Part shown: piece by piece, positions 13,883 to 25,797 of the stretch | Position numbering within the stretch: position 1 is the first letter of the stretch | Layout: every line of letters begins with the position of its first letter | Assembly: GCF_023055435.1 (NCBI RefSeq) | Contig: NW_025964001.1 | Coordinates: 14,694,001-14,758,000 of the forward strand | From: Haliotis rufescens | Taxonomy: Eukaryota | Direction of reading: 5' to 3' | DNA length: 64,000 nucleotides | Notes under the pieces: model-generated | Database searches by the model: none | What the model saw: only the letters and a program-made list of their open reading frames with translations | Told to the model about the DNA's origin: nothing | Program-made: the position numbers and the translations under genes

Positions 13883-15654
13883 CTGCAGACGATCAGCAGA
13901 AATAATTGATTATTGTCAGAAAAACAAAGTTCAGAAAACTTTCCCTAAATCCAGATCATTTCCAGGTTTTGGAGAGGGTAGAGTTTATTTGCTCTAGTTT
14001 GAAGCAAAAAGAGATGAGATGAGTTGAAAATTCCAAGTATCACTTCTGTTGGTAACATGGAGTCAACTCTTGAGACTGAGAAAAATTATATATTTATCTA
14101 CTGTTTTCATTTTAACTGTATCCAACATTATCACATAGTTTTAATTAACACAATTTGCAAGGAAAGTACAGGTATTCTCCCCAAAAGCAGCATGCAGCTA
14201 GCCTTTGCAGATGTGCGTGTTGCTACAAGGGATAATGCCTAACAGCCATGTATATAACTGGCATATGCATTAGTATTTGTGTCACCATGTTCACTTATTA
14301 AATTAGCCACACAGATCCACTGGACCCATTATCATATATAATCCAGTACTGATAGGCTAGGTGATAGCTTTCACGCCAAAGCGACATTCTCGCGAAAAAG
14401 CTCCATCTTACCCAACAATAAGCGGTACTGTCTTGTGAATGTCTTGATAATCTGATCAGTTTTGTGATGACAAACATCACCAGAGTGCCCTTACCCTCCT
14501 TCCCAGTTAAGTGATTAATAAATTGACTACTGAAGCTGGTTTTTAACACAATTCTAATAATATCTGGCTTAAAGGCTAGTGATGATGATGATGATACTAC
14601 ATTTAATAGCAACTTCCCAGCAATATCACAGCAGGACATGGGCCTCACACATTCATTGCTGTTTGTATGTAGTTTAAATTTGCACTCAGCAATATTCCAG
14701 CTATATGACGGCTGTCTGTAAATAGTCAAGTCTGGACCAGACAATCCAGTGATTGACATCATGACAATCGATCTACACAGTTGGGATAAGATGACATGCA
14801 TCAAGTCAGCAAGCCTGATCACCTGATCCCGTTAGTCGCCTCTTATGACAAGCATAGGTGCCTAGTACGGAAAGCAAGGATTGTTGAAGACCTATTCTCC
14901 ACCTGGATCTTCAATGGGTCACACATTCAATGTAACATTTGGGGAATTAAACCAGTCCTTAGGCATAAAAGAAAACACTTTCACTACTGGGCTACCTCAC
15001 AACCTACAACAATGATCCAGAGTGATGCATCATGGCCTGTTTACTCCAGTGATGTCCCTTATGTGTCCCTCCTATTGACCAATCATATTTCTTGCATATA
15101 CTTCAAACAAAATGGCTGTGCCAAGTTAAGGCAGTCTGATCTATATTGTCATAAAACGGGTCTTAACTCGCGAAAGGCATCAACTTAATTGAGCACCCTG
15201 ATTTAAAACATGTAGAGATTTGGAAAATATTCAGTTAATGGTACAAATGCTTTGCAAATCCTGCAACTGTCTGAAATCTGCACAGCAGTTTACAAACTGG
15301 ATGTCGATTTCGTTACACAATTTTGATTGGACTGTGCATAGACTCATAGTCCAGCCAAAACAAAACTCTGATTTTTCAGCCTAGTTCGGCAAGGTTTGGA
15401 AACAGGACTTTTATAGTCAGTTAACTCTGTTGCCTCTGGAAGATGCAGTTACATGTATTAGGACTTAAGAAATAGTCGTCCTTCAGATAGAGGCATGGAG
15501 GATGATCAGTGCAAACAAATATGGACAACCCACACTCTCATGAAGCAGTAAATGAAAGGTCTGTCATACGTTCTTAACTATGCTACAGTGGATACAAGCT
15601 AGAATCATTTATGGCTACAACCTTTCCGTTGTATCACTGACGATTCTGCTCGGT

Positions 15655-15785
15655 GCATGTTGCTGCCGTTTCGATCCACCTAGTCATGGGAGATAACTAA
15701 GATGGCTTTACTCAGAAGCTTTTATGTAGCTACAGATATGCTACACTGGTTGCCATGGCAGCAGACAGTGAAATGATTGTAGCAT
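15655..15785 (-). ncRNA. Putative box H/ACA snoRNA, family B copy B1
   Basis: Two hairpins, H box ACATAA, terminal ACA. Confidence 0.6.
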
Positions 15786-16120
15786 TGAATTGAGGTTATC
15801 AGACACGGTCAACTTTCAAGAAACTATTGAATCATATTTTGACTACACATTTCAGTGCTTGCAAAGAGTCACATTGATAGGCGTCTGAGCTGTACATATC
15901 TCCAAAACATCCCCTCACCAGTAGAGTTTATGTCCCTCAGGTTCTTGTGAACTCAGGACACCATGTGTCAATTAAGGATGCTGTCATATCATTTTTCTGG
16001 ATGCATATTTAAGGTATACAATTTAGGTTTGCAGATGAGTAAGTCTAGACGAAAACAAAATGTTTTAAGCTGGTCCAGAAGATTGTTTGCAGGCTAATCT
16101 TTCCTTAAATTCTACATAAA

Positions 16121-16252
16121 TATTGTTGCTACAGTTTCGATCCATCAGGTCAAGGGACACAACTCAGATGGCTTTACTCAGGAGCTTTTATATAGCTACA
16201 TCTATTATTGTACTGGTTGCAATGGTAGCAGACAGTGACATGATTGTAGCAT
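16121..16252 (-). ncRNA. Putative box H/ACA snoRNA, family B copy B2
   Basis: H box ATATAA, ACA box, conserved pocket AGTAAAG/ATCGAAA. Confidence 0.65.
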
Positions 16253-16848
16253 TGAATTGAAATCACAGACATGGTCAACTTTTAAAGAACTATTGAATCA
16301 TGTTTTGACTACACTTTTCAGCACTTGCAAAGAGTCACAAAGTTAGGAGTGTGTGCTGTACATCCTTCCAAAACATCCCCTTACAGATGGAGTTTGGTCC
16401 ATCTGGTCCATCAGGTCCATCAGGTCCATCAGGTACTCAGGTACTCATGTACTCTGGATACCACCATGTGTCAATTGAGGATGCTGTCGCATAATTTTCT
16501 CTGAATACTTATTGAAGGTACAAAAATTAGGTTTGCAGATGAGACAAAGATTTAAAGGCAAAAAACTCAGTTAAGCAGAAGAATGTTTGTACGCTAATCT
16601 TTCCTAAAATTCTACATAAATATTGTTGCTAAAAAAATGACAAAAAAGAAATATGATTCTTTCACAAATTTTTGATCATATCACAGACTGGCAGTTTCAA
16701 ACAAACCTATAAGACAACCGGTCATTGCCACAGAATAATAGAACATGATTGAGTTGGGGTTTGAAATTAAGAGAACAAAATCAATAAGGTAATTCTAGAG
16801 TCATCTGCACAAATCACAGGTCTGTCTGAATAATCAAACATGGTATTA

Positions 16849-16978
16849 TGATGTTGCTGCAGTTTCGATCCATCAGGTCAAGGGAGACAACTCAGATGGC
16901 TTTACTCAGCAGCTTTTATGTCACTACAATTACATTGTACTTGTTGCCATGATAGCAGACAGTAGGATGATAGTAGCT
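16849..16978 (-). ncRNA. Putative box H/ACA snoRNA, family B copy B3
   Basis: H box ACATAA, ACA box, stem gctgc/gcagc. Confidence 0.62.
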
Positions 16979-17320
16979 TCAAGGCACTGACATAAAGAAG
17001 TCTGAAATGATATCACAGAATGAAGTGTTTGCACTGGACTTTATGCCATGCTAAATACAGATTATTCATAGTGACTTTTACCATGTTTACATTTTTTTCT
17101 ACTTGAGAGTTTAAAAACATGTGTTATCTTGATATCAGAATCTTATTTTTATAATGAACTTTAGTTTATTTGATAAAGCAGAAATTAGCAACTTTCATAA
17201 TGGTGTTTTTTCACAGATGTGGCCTATAAGCCAAGGCCTTATATTTGCATCATATCTTTAACTTATTTTTACCAGCTGATGTTTATAGCACACAAATATA
17301 AAACATTGGGAACACTAAGA

Positions 17321-17592
17321 TGTTTGTTTGTTTGTTTGTTGTTTAACGCTGCACTGAGCAATATTCCAGCTATATTATGGCGGTCTGTAAATAATCGAGT
17401 TTGGACCAGACAATCCAGTGATTGACATCATGACAATCAATCCACGCAATCGAGATACGATGACATGCATCAACCAAGTCAGCGAGTCTGACCACCCGAT
17501 CCCGTTAGTCGCCTCTTACGACAAGCATAGTCACCCTTTTACGACAAGCATGGGTTGCTGAAGACCTATTCCTCCCCGGATCTTCACGGGTC
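17321..17592 (-). mobile_element. SINE family 1, full length
   Basis: TSD gggaacactaaga. Confidence 0.88.
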
Positions 17593-17722
17593 GGGAACAC
17601 TAAGAAGTGAATCTCATTCATTGTACCCATAACAGGATTGATCCTGAACACTTTGACCCCTAGGCTACCACAACACAATATAACAACTTAAAAGTGAAAA
17701 GCTTGCTGATTGTTTGATAAAC

Positions 17723-17850
17723 AACTGTCACTACTGTTTTGAACCATCCAATCACAGCATCGACGGAACGGCTTGATTCAGCAGCTTTGATCTAGCTACA
17801 ATCGTATTCCACTGGTTGCCATGGTAACAGCAGTGGGATGAAAGTAGCAA
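17723..17850 (-). ncRNA. Putative box H/ACA snoRNA, family A copy A2
   Basis: gctac/gtagc and ccactg/cagtgg stems, H box AGATCA, gctgctg/cagtagt stem, ACA box. Confidence 0.72.
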
Positions 17851-18934
17851 AGTTGGGACTAAATGCACACTGTTAAGTCCTTGTCCAAAGATCTGAGCAA
17901 TTGATGCAGGTGACAAAATGTTGACAGTACAGATTGTTGGGTCTTACACATTATGCTTTATGACAGATGTCTGACAGCTGAGAGAATTCTTTCACTTAAA
18001 GACACCATGATGGTGGCAAACTTCAAGCTTTATTTAAATCAAATGGGATGTGTTTAAGTGGGTGTGGCCAAAAATGTGTATGGATATTTTTGCTTTACTG
18101 TCAATCAGTACAATGATGAATTTCCATCCACACCAAGTTGGTGGAAAACGTACATGATCTTGTGTCTTGCAATCTTAATGAAGAATGAGTGACCGACTGA
18201 AGTATTCAGCTCCTCACACAATATTCCTGCAGCATCAGAGTGAGTGAGTGAGTGAGTGAGTGAGTGAGTGAGTGAGTGAGTGAGTGAGTTGGGTTTAACG
18301 CCACTGAAGTGATGCAGGTCTCAGACGTTTACCACTTCCGTGAAACCCATGAGCACAGGTATGGTGCTGACAAACCTAGAAACATAATCGGGGCGAACCA
18401 GGATTCGAACCCACAATCATAGGTTTCTGGCGTGCCCATCCTGCAGCATCTGAGGGGACACCACAAATTCACTTGACACATTATACCCATTTGGGGAATC
18501 GAACCAGGTGCTTTTGTGTGATGAGCAAACGCTTCAAGCAATAGGCTACCCCCCAGTCCCACTTTCTGAACAATGATCTTCCTTTTTTGAGGTCACATCA
18601 TATATCTAACAGCCACTGGGCTCTGCTACACATGGGATTAATGACTGGAAATTATTGTCATAGATAGGAAGCTCTGACTAGAGATGAAAAGTATATACTT
18701 ATTTCTTCTTTGGTCCAGATTTCAGAAATCAGTCCTGATTGGGATCAATTTGTGGAAACACATCCACCCAAAAGACAACTTCAATAAAATACTGTGTGGT
18801 GTCATGTTATACCAAACATATTTTCACTATTTGTTTTGAAATAAGTTATACACATATCACAATACAAAACAATTTGGTAGTCCCAGATTAGTTTGTGTAA
18901 ACAGGGTTAACATTAAATAAATTAACACGATAAA

Positions 18935-19066
18935 TGATGTTGCCACAGTTTCGGTCCACCTGGTCAAGGGAGAGAACTCAGATGGCTTTACTCAGCAGCT
19001 TTTATATAGCTACTGATATATACTGCACTGGTTGCCATGGTAGCAGACAGTGAAATCATTGTAGCA
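18935..19066 (-). ncRNA. Putative box H/ACA snoRNA, family B copy B4
   Basis: H box ATATAA, ACA box, G-U-tolerated stem gctgc/gtggc. Confidence 0.65.
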
Positions 19067-19428
19067 TGGAATTGATGTTGCAAACTTAACAGATTTTGAA
19101 GTTATCACACATTAACATTCAAAGAACGTTCTACTGAATCACGTTTTGACTATACTTTACAGTGCTTGCAAAGAGTCGCATTGATAGGCATCTGAGCTGT
19201 ACATCTCTCCAAAACATCCCCTCACTGGTAGAGTTCATGTCCCCCAGGTACTTGTGAACTCAGGGACACCATGTGTCAATTAAGGATGCTGTCATATCAC
19301 TTTTCTGAATGCATATTTAGGGTATACAATTTAGGTTTGCAGATGAGTAAGTCTGGAGGAAAACAAAATGTTTTAAGCTGGTCCAGAAGATCGTTTGCAT
19401 GCTAATCATTCCAAAAATTCTACATAAA

Positions 19429-19560
19429 TATTGTTGCTACAGTTTCGATCCATCAGGTCAAGGGACACAACTCAGATGGCTTTACTCAGGAGCTTTAATA
19501 TAGCTACATCTATTATTGTACTGGTTGCCATGGTAGCAGACAGTAGGATTATAGTAGCAA
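19429..19560 (-). ncRNA. Putative box H/ACA snoRNA, family B copy B5
   Basis: H box ATATTA (still ANANNA), ACA box. Confidence 0.63.
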
Positions 19561-19913
19561 AGATACACTGAACATAAATCAAGAGACAGAAATATGGGTC
19601 CTTGATTTGTAGTCACGCTGTGCACAAAAGTCATTGAAGTTCTAGGAATATAAAACCTTGTCAATTGCATGAAACAGCACAACCAAAGCAATAATACTGG
19701 TACTAACTGTGTACGTTTCTCAAAGATGGATGACAACAAACCTGAACACTGAAGACCTATTCTACCCCGGATCTTCACAGGTCGGGAACACTAAGAAGTG
19801 AATCTCATTCATTGTACCCGTAACAGGATTGATCCTGAACACTTTGACCCCTAGGCTACCACAACACAGTATAACAACTTAAAAGTGAAAAGCTTGCTGA
19901 CTGTTTGATAAAC

Positions 19914-20043
19914 AACTGTCACTACTGTTTTGAACCATCCAATCACAGCATCGACGGAACGGCTTGATTCAGCAGCCTTGATCTAGCTACATCAGTTACT
20001 GTACTGGTTGCCATGGTAGCAGACAGTAGGATTATAATAGCAA
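19914..20043 (-). ncRNA. Putative chimeric H/ACA snoRNA A3 (family B 5' hairpin, family A 3' hairpin)
   Basis: 5' half matches B5, 3' half matches A2; H box AGATCA and ACA intact. Confidence 0.65.
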
Positions 20044-20496
20044 AGATACACTGAAATGGAGAACTGCTGAACATAAATCAAGAGACAGAAATATGGGTCC
20101 TTGATTTGTAGTCACGCTGTGCACAAAAGTCATTGAAGTTCTAGGAATATAAAACCTTGTCAATTGCATGAATCAGCACAACCAAAGCAATAATACTGGT
20201 ACTAACTGTGTACGTTTCTCAAAGATGGATTACAACAAACCTGAACACTGCACAAGTCATTACCTTTCAGACAGAAGCAACAAACAAATGCCAAATGACA
20301 AAATATAAATTATCCTTTCACAACTTTTGATCATATCACAGACTGGCAGTATCAAACAAACCTTTAAGACAACCGGTCATTGCCACAGAAATAATAGAAC
20401 ATTATTTAGTTTGGGTTTGCAAGTTAGAGAACAAAATCAATAGAATTATTTGCACAAATCACAGGTCTGTCTGTGAAATAATCAAACATGGTATTA

Positions 20497-20623
20497 TGAT
20501 GTTGCTGCAGTTTCGATCCATCAGGTCAAGGGAGACAACTCAGATGGCTTTACTCAACAGCTTTTATGTAGCTACTTAAAAAAACTGGTTGCCATGGTAG
20601 CAGACAGTAAGATGATAGTAGCT
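20497..20623 (-). ncRNA. Putative box H/ACA snoRNA, family B copy B6
   Basis: H box ACATAA, ACA box; 5' hairpin altered. Confidence 0.58.
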
Positions 20624-20729
20624 TCAAGACAATGACAAAAAAGAATTCTGGAATGATATCATAAAATGAAGTGTTATGACTTAATTTCAGACCAAACTTA
20701 ATACAGTTCATTGTCTTTGAATGCACACA

Positions 20730-20856
20730 TATTGTTGCTACAGTCTTGTTTCATCAGGACAAGGGATACAAGTCAAATGGCTTTATTCAGAAGCTTCTAT
20801 GTAGCTGATATTCAGTACTGGTTGCCATGGTAGCAGGCGTGTCGTGATTTTAGTAT
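20730..20856 (-). pseudogene. Degenerate family B H/ACA copy B7
   Basis: Homologous to B copies, but H box is ACATAG and the pocket is mutated. Confidence 0.5.
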
Positions 20857-21748
20857 GGAAATAGAAACTTAGAGAATTCTGTAATGGCTATCAAAAACTC
20901 GAATGCCTTCAATTCAGCCTTGTTGTTCACCTATGTGATTGCAACACAAAGTCTTTCAAATTGAAAGATATAACACAGCAATGACACTGGTATTAACTGT
21001 TTCTTACAGAAGGACTTCAACAAATCTGAAGAAGTCACTATATACATGACATGACAGACAGTAAACTGCAGAGGAACACTTAGATGCCCAGTGGCAAGGT
21101 GTATAGAATTCTTTTCAGATCTTTGATCTCAAAAATTGGTTGAGTCTATACTCTTCAGACAGATTAAACTGATTTCCTCATTAATAACTACTCACGGTGC
21201 TGTGTGTTTAAGAATATTCTATGATACATTTATTTCATTGTAAAGATATGACGTAAAAAATAAAATATTTGGCTCAAGGGCAATAACATACTTTAGTTTT
21301 TAAAATCTTGAATTTTTTTGGGTAAATCTAAATGCAGAAATTTGATACTTTTATATAGCTTTACTGTTTTTGCATAACTGTTTGCATATTTGTCAAGTAT
21401 TTCTGCCAGCTCCAGTTCAAGCAGAACAATAAAACATGCTAGGTTAGCGACTTTAAGTGAGTGAACGAGTATGGTTTTATTCGAGCAATATCACACCGGG
21501 GTACACCAGATATGGACTCCACACATTGTACCCATGTGGGGAATCGAACCCAGGTCTTCGACGTGACGAGGGAATCCTTTAACTACTAGGCTACCACACC
21601 ACCCCTAGTGACTTTAACAACATCACAGCAGTATCACAGCAGAAGGGCAACTCACTGTACTCGTGTCTGGATCCACCCTGAACATGTTTACCTGTAGACT
21701 AACCCAACGCAACTCAAAAGTGAAAAGCTTGCTGAACGCTTGATAAAC

Positions 21749-21876
21749 AACTGTCACTACTGTTTTGAACCATCCAATCACAGCATCAATGGAACGGCTT
21801 GATTCAGCAGTTTTGATCTAGCTACCATCAAATTCCACTGGTTGCCATAGTAACAGCAGTGGGATGAACATAGCAA
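21749..21876 (-). ncRNA. Putative box H/ACA snoRNA, family A copy A4
   Basis: H box AGATCA, ACA box, pocket GAATCAA/TCAAAA. Confidence 0.68.
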
Positions 21877-22844
21877 AGTTGGGACAAAAGAGAAGCATAG
21901 CAAATGCACACTGCTAGGTCCTTGTCCAAAGAGTCAGAGCAGGTTCATGTTATTTTATACAAGAGTAAGAAATATTCCAGCAATATTATGGTGGCCTGCA
22001 AATAATCAAAGCAGGACCTAACTAACCAGGGCTGAGCATGCCCCACACCCTATCCAGTTTGTCACCTCTTGCAACAAGCGTAGGTTGCTGGGGACTTATT
22101 CTACCCTGGAGCCCCCATGATGTCCAATGATTTAATGCTTTAGATGAATAGCACAGCCCTCTAAATAGCAACCATTTTGGTGGCCAAATGCAACTTAAAT
22201 CTACGATTGGCCTAATCTGCTCGCCACTTGGCTCCCTAAAAGTAATCATAACCGGCGATAATATCTGTTCAAGATATATGTTGGCTCCTAAAAACTTAGG
22301 TTTAGCACCTAGGATATTCATGTTTGGAGCCGCATGGAGGGATGGTGGCAACTGATGGAAGAACACTTCAGACACAAACAAATCTCTTGCGCCAACATTC
22401 TTTACTTCAAATGGTGTCCATCACTGGCACCAATGTATAAACAGCGACCGTCAATCGGCTGGCTATGGTCAGGGGCAAGGTCACCCAGTGACATGATGTA
22501 AACTACCTCTAACTGCTCACTAAAGCATCGACAAGCAGAAAAGCGAGTAGATTTTGCACACTAAAACTATTCGCTGGGGAGAGATCGAGTCGAAAATGTT
22601 TTCAGCAGACGACAACATGCAATTCAGCTGCTGCCTACACATCCTGTTCTGGATATATTGTAGACCTGTACTTGTTTTGTGTCTTTGGTATGCCTGAATC
22701 ATAGACTAAAACCCTGCAGGACCTCTCTTAAGTTTGAACACTGGGATTGTCTTGTGGACAGATAAAATACATCCATATGACAATACTTAACACAAACTGT
22801 TCTTTGACCAGATAATATTATATAACACAGTTGAACATGTTTAC

Positions 22845-23057
22845 CTTTGACGCCTTCTTGGACTTGAGATCCCGCACAGTGTTGCCCTGGGCAGCAATCT
22901 TGTTGTTTAGGTCATCCATGTTGCCACTCGACGCCTGGTTTGCAGGGGCACCAGACCCTGTAGGAAGCTTCATGTCAGGCTTCCAGTCTAACCCTGTCGC
23001 TGCCTTGAAGTCTGCTTTCAGACTCAGTAACGACTTCACAGCTGCATCAATCTGGTC
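22845..23057 (-). CDS. EPRS1: EPRS exon 21: WHEP2 helix 2 and WHEP3 helix 1
   Basis: AVKSLLSLKADFKAATGLDW...QGNTVRDLKSKKASK; 213 nt, phase 0/0. Confidence 0.95.
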
Positions 23058-23120
23058 CTACAAGGACAAACACCACAAATGTACCATGTACTTCATAAAA
23101 GATTGAAATTCTTAATTAGG

Positions 23121-23386
23121 ATTGTTTGGTTGCTGTTTAACGCCGCACACGGCAATATTCCAGCTTTATAACGGCGGTCTGTAAATAATCGAGTCTGGAC
23201 CAGACAATCCAGGGATTGATATCATGAGCATCGATCCACGCAATTGGGATACGATAACATGCATCAACCAAGTCAGCGAGTCTGATCACCGGATCCCGTT
23301 AGTTGCCTCTTATGACAAGCATAGTAACCTTTTATGACAGGCATAGGTTGCTGAAGACCTATTCTATCCCGAATCTTCACGGGTCC
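23121..23386 (-). mobile_element. SINE family 1
   Basis: Homology; TSD cttaatta. Confidence 0.85.
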
Positions 23387-23748
23387 TTAATTAAGTATTA
23401 ACATATGATATTACTCATAAGGGTAGAATGATCATGTGCAATACCTTTCCGTTATTTGCACAGGGGCATTTTAGCAATTCTCAATGCTGATTGGTCAGTT
23501 GAAATCATACAATGTCACTGCTTCATCGTTGAGAAAAAAAAGATATGATGTCATCCATTGTTCATGTCACAAATTGATTACAATATGTCATCTGAACAAT
23601 AGGCTGCAAGGGAAGTTTCTCTGTAGGGTTGACAGATTTACAGATTATGTCCCTTGTGAAGGGTTGGGGGGCTAGAACTCAGGACGGACAATATACCCTA
23701 TAGCTTATGGTATTCAAATATTCAATAAAAGGTGACATCATCACAAAC

Positions 23749-23964
23749 CTTTGGTGCCTTCTTGGACTTGAGCTCTCTAACTTGATTGCCTTGAGCTGTG
23801 ACCTTGTTGTTAAGGTCATTGACATTGACATCACCAGCTCCGACCTTCTTGGCAGCTGCAGCTGGTTCTGGCAGTTTGACGTCTGGCTTCCAATCCTTCC
23901 CGGCCGCTGCCTTGAAGTCGGCTTTCAGACTTAGCAGTGTCTTCACAGCCACATCGACCTGGCC
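23749..23964 (-). CDS. EPRS1: EPRS exon 20: WHEP1 helix 2 and WHEP2 helix 1
   Basis: AVKTLLSLKADFKAAAGKDW...QGNQVRELKSKKAPK; 216 nt, phase 0/0. Confidence 0.95.
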
Positions 23965-24231
23965 CTGAAATATCAGAACATTCCTCAATGTTCAGCTGTG
24001 TGCAAGTCATCATTCAACCTAGTTACGTTGGCCATGACTTGACTGCAAGGATGTAGAACACTCCTTGATTCTGATTGGTCAACTCTGATAATTAAATTTC
24101 CGTGAATAAATTGTGTGATGTGTAAAACCACATACATGTTTTTGCATAATGTCTTTTCAACGGGTGATTTAATTCAGATTGGGTCGTGAAAATCTGCTTC
24201 ACCATGGCCCAACAGTACCTTAACTATGCAA

Positions 24232-24399
24232 CAGTGAGTGAGTGAGTATGGTTTTACGCCGCTTTTAGCAATATTCCAGCAATATCACGGCGGGGGACAC
24301 CAGAAATGGGCTTCACACATTGTACCCATGTCGGGAATCGAACCCGGGTCTTCGGCGTGACGACCAAACGCTTTAACCACTAGGCTACCCGACCGCTCC
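24232..24399 (-). mobile_element. SINE family 2
   Basis: A/B boxes; TSD taactatgcaacag. Confidence 0.9.
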
Positions 24400-24564
24400 T
24401 AACTATGCAACAGAAGTTTCAATTTCACACATGGCACAGAGACCGACCACCTGTTACTGGTTGGCTATCAGGACAAGCAGGGAGTCTTAAAACAAGCATG
24501 ACATATAAGAAATAATTTGGAATTGCCACAGTGGTAACTGGCAAGGAAGGTCAGTACTGCTCAC

Positions 24565-24720
24565 CTTGGGAGCTTTTTCTGACTTGAGTTTCCGGACTAG
24601 GTCTCCCTGAGCACGGATGTTGTTGTCGAGGTCGACCTCGCTGACGGAGCTCAGTTCCGAGGGTGGCTGCTCGTCCTGAGGGGATTTCTCTGCAGACTTT
24701 CCCTTCTTGCTCTGAGCCTT
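24565..24720 (-). CDS. EPRS1: EPRS exon 19: linker and first helix of WHEP1 (IRAQGDLVRKLKSEKAPK)
   Basis: WHEP consensus QGxxVRxLK; phase 0/0. Confidence 0.94.
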
Positions 24721-25225
24721 CTGAAAAACAGATAAACAACCCCCAGTGAAACAAATGTTATATTTGGGATAACACTTTCTTAGTAAAGTACAGATTCTCG
24801 TACTTTTTTGGGTTGAGTACCGTCCGGGATTCGAACCCACACTTGCCAGAATGAGGCACCTAATTGCCAGCACACAAAGTCAGCGATCTAACCTACTCAG
24901 CCATCGAGGCTTCCACAGACGTATTTGACTGCAAAGTACTACATATTCTGTGGACTTACTGCAACATTTACAGTTCTACCTTAACACCATCCTTCCAGCA
25001 GTATCCTGTGTCCTTGCATACAGAAACATGTATCTGACTGAAAGTGGGTGAGTGACTGATGGCAGCAATATTCTTGCTGTAACTCCCTGTCATAACAGTC
25101 CGGGACACAATCTTCATTAATCGTCTCTTATGACAAGCATGGATACTGGGGACCTATTCTTCTCAGGATTCACCAAAGGGAGAATGCTCTTATAGATGTA
25201 ATCTTATGATGGCCCTGTGAGTCAC

Positions 25226-25337
25226 CTCCTTGGCACTGGCCTCCTGCTTGTGTTTGGATCCTGTAGTCGGCATGTCCTTCTGATGGCCGTCAGGGATGTT
25301 CAGCAACACACAGGGACTTGCTCTCCCAGAGTACCGG
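25226..25337 (-). CDS. EPRS1: EPRS exon 18 (…PCVLLNIPDGHQKDMPTTGSK…)
   Basis: IPDGH motif at end of GluRS. Confidence 0.95.
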
Positions 25338-25390
25338 CTGCAACACAACATCTTGTATTAAACTAAGGCCTACATAGGCTCAGCTGTCAA

Positions 25391-25797
25391 GAGGTGAGGT
25401 GAGGTGAGGTGAGGTGAGGTGAGGTGAGGTGAGGTGAGGTGAGGTGAGGTGAGGTGACATTGGGTTTAACGTCGCGTCCAAGATTATTGCACTTATATAG
25501 TGACATGCATGCACGTGTATTTTATGTGTGTGGCTGCTTGTACTAGTCCGGACTGATGCCGTTTTATAGTGCTAGCTCACTGAGATACCATGCCGCAGTT
25601 TAACATGAATACCCCTCAGACAATGTATACTGACTCCGAGCCGACCAGTTCTTGTTTTAGCCCCTTAATGCCGAGTGCCAGACAGGGTAACAACAAGTAC
25701 AATCTTAACATCTTTTTGTATGACACGGCCGGGGATCAAACCCCGGACCTTCCGCTCTCCAGGTGGACGCTCTACCACAAGACCAGGGAGGCGGTCT
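25391..25797 (-). mobile_element. SINE family 4, tRNA head, (tcacc)n tail; resembles molluscan MESC/Meta-type SINEs from memory (others at 44555-44902, 36155-36493)
   Basis: A/B boxes, core cagtgagctagcactataaaa, three copies. Confidence 0.8.

Noticed and set aside
17814-17828. GTTGCCATGGTAAC in the repeated units read as an RFX X-box array or as antisense to 28S rRNA
   Set aside because: It forms the apical stem-loop of the 5' hairpin, varies between copies (GATAAC, AGTAAC, GGGAAC, GGTAGC), and similar words occur in unrelated repeats (26520, 39313).
24232-24399. tRNA-like heads (Asp-like, Leu-like; also 24790-24917) as tRNA genes
   Set aside because: No closed acceptor stem; they continue into SINE bodies, most with microsatellite tails and TSDs.
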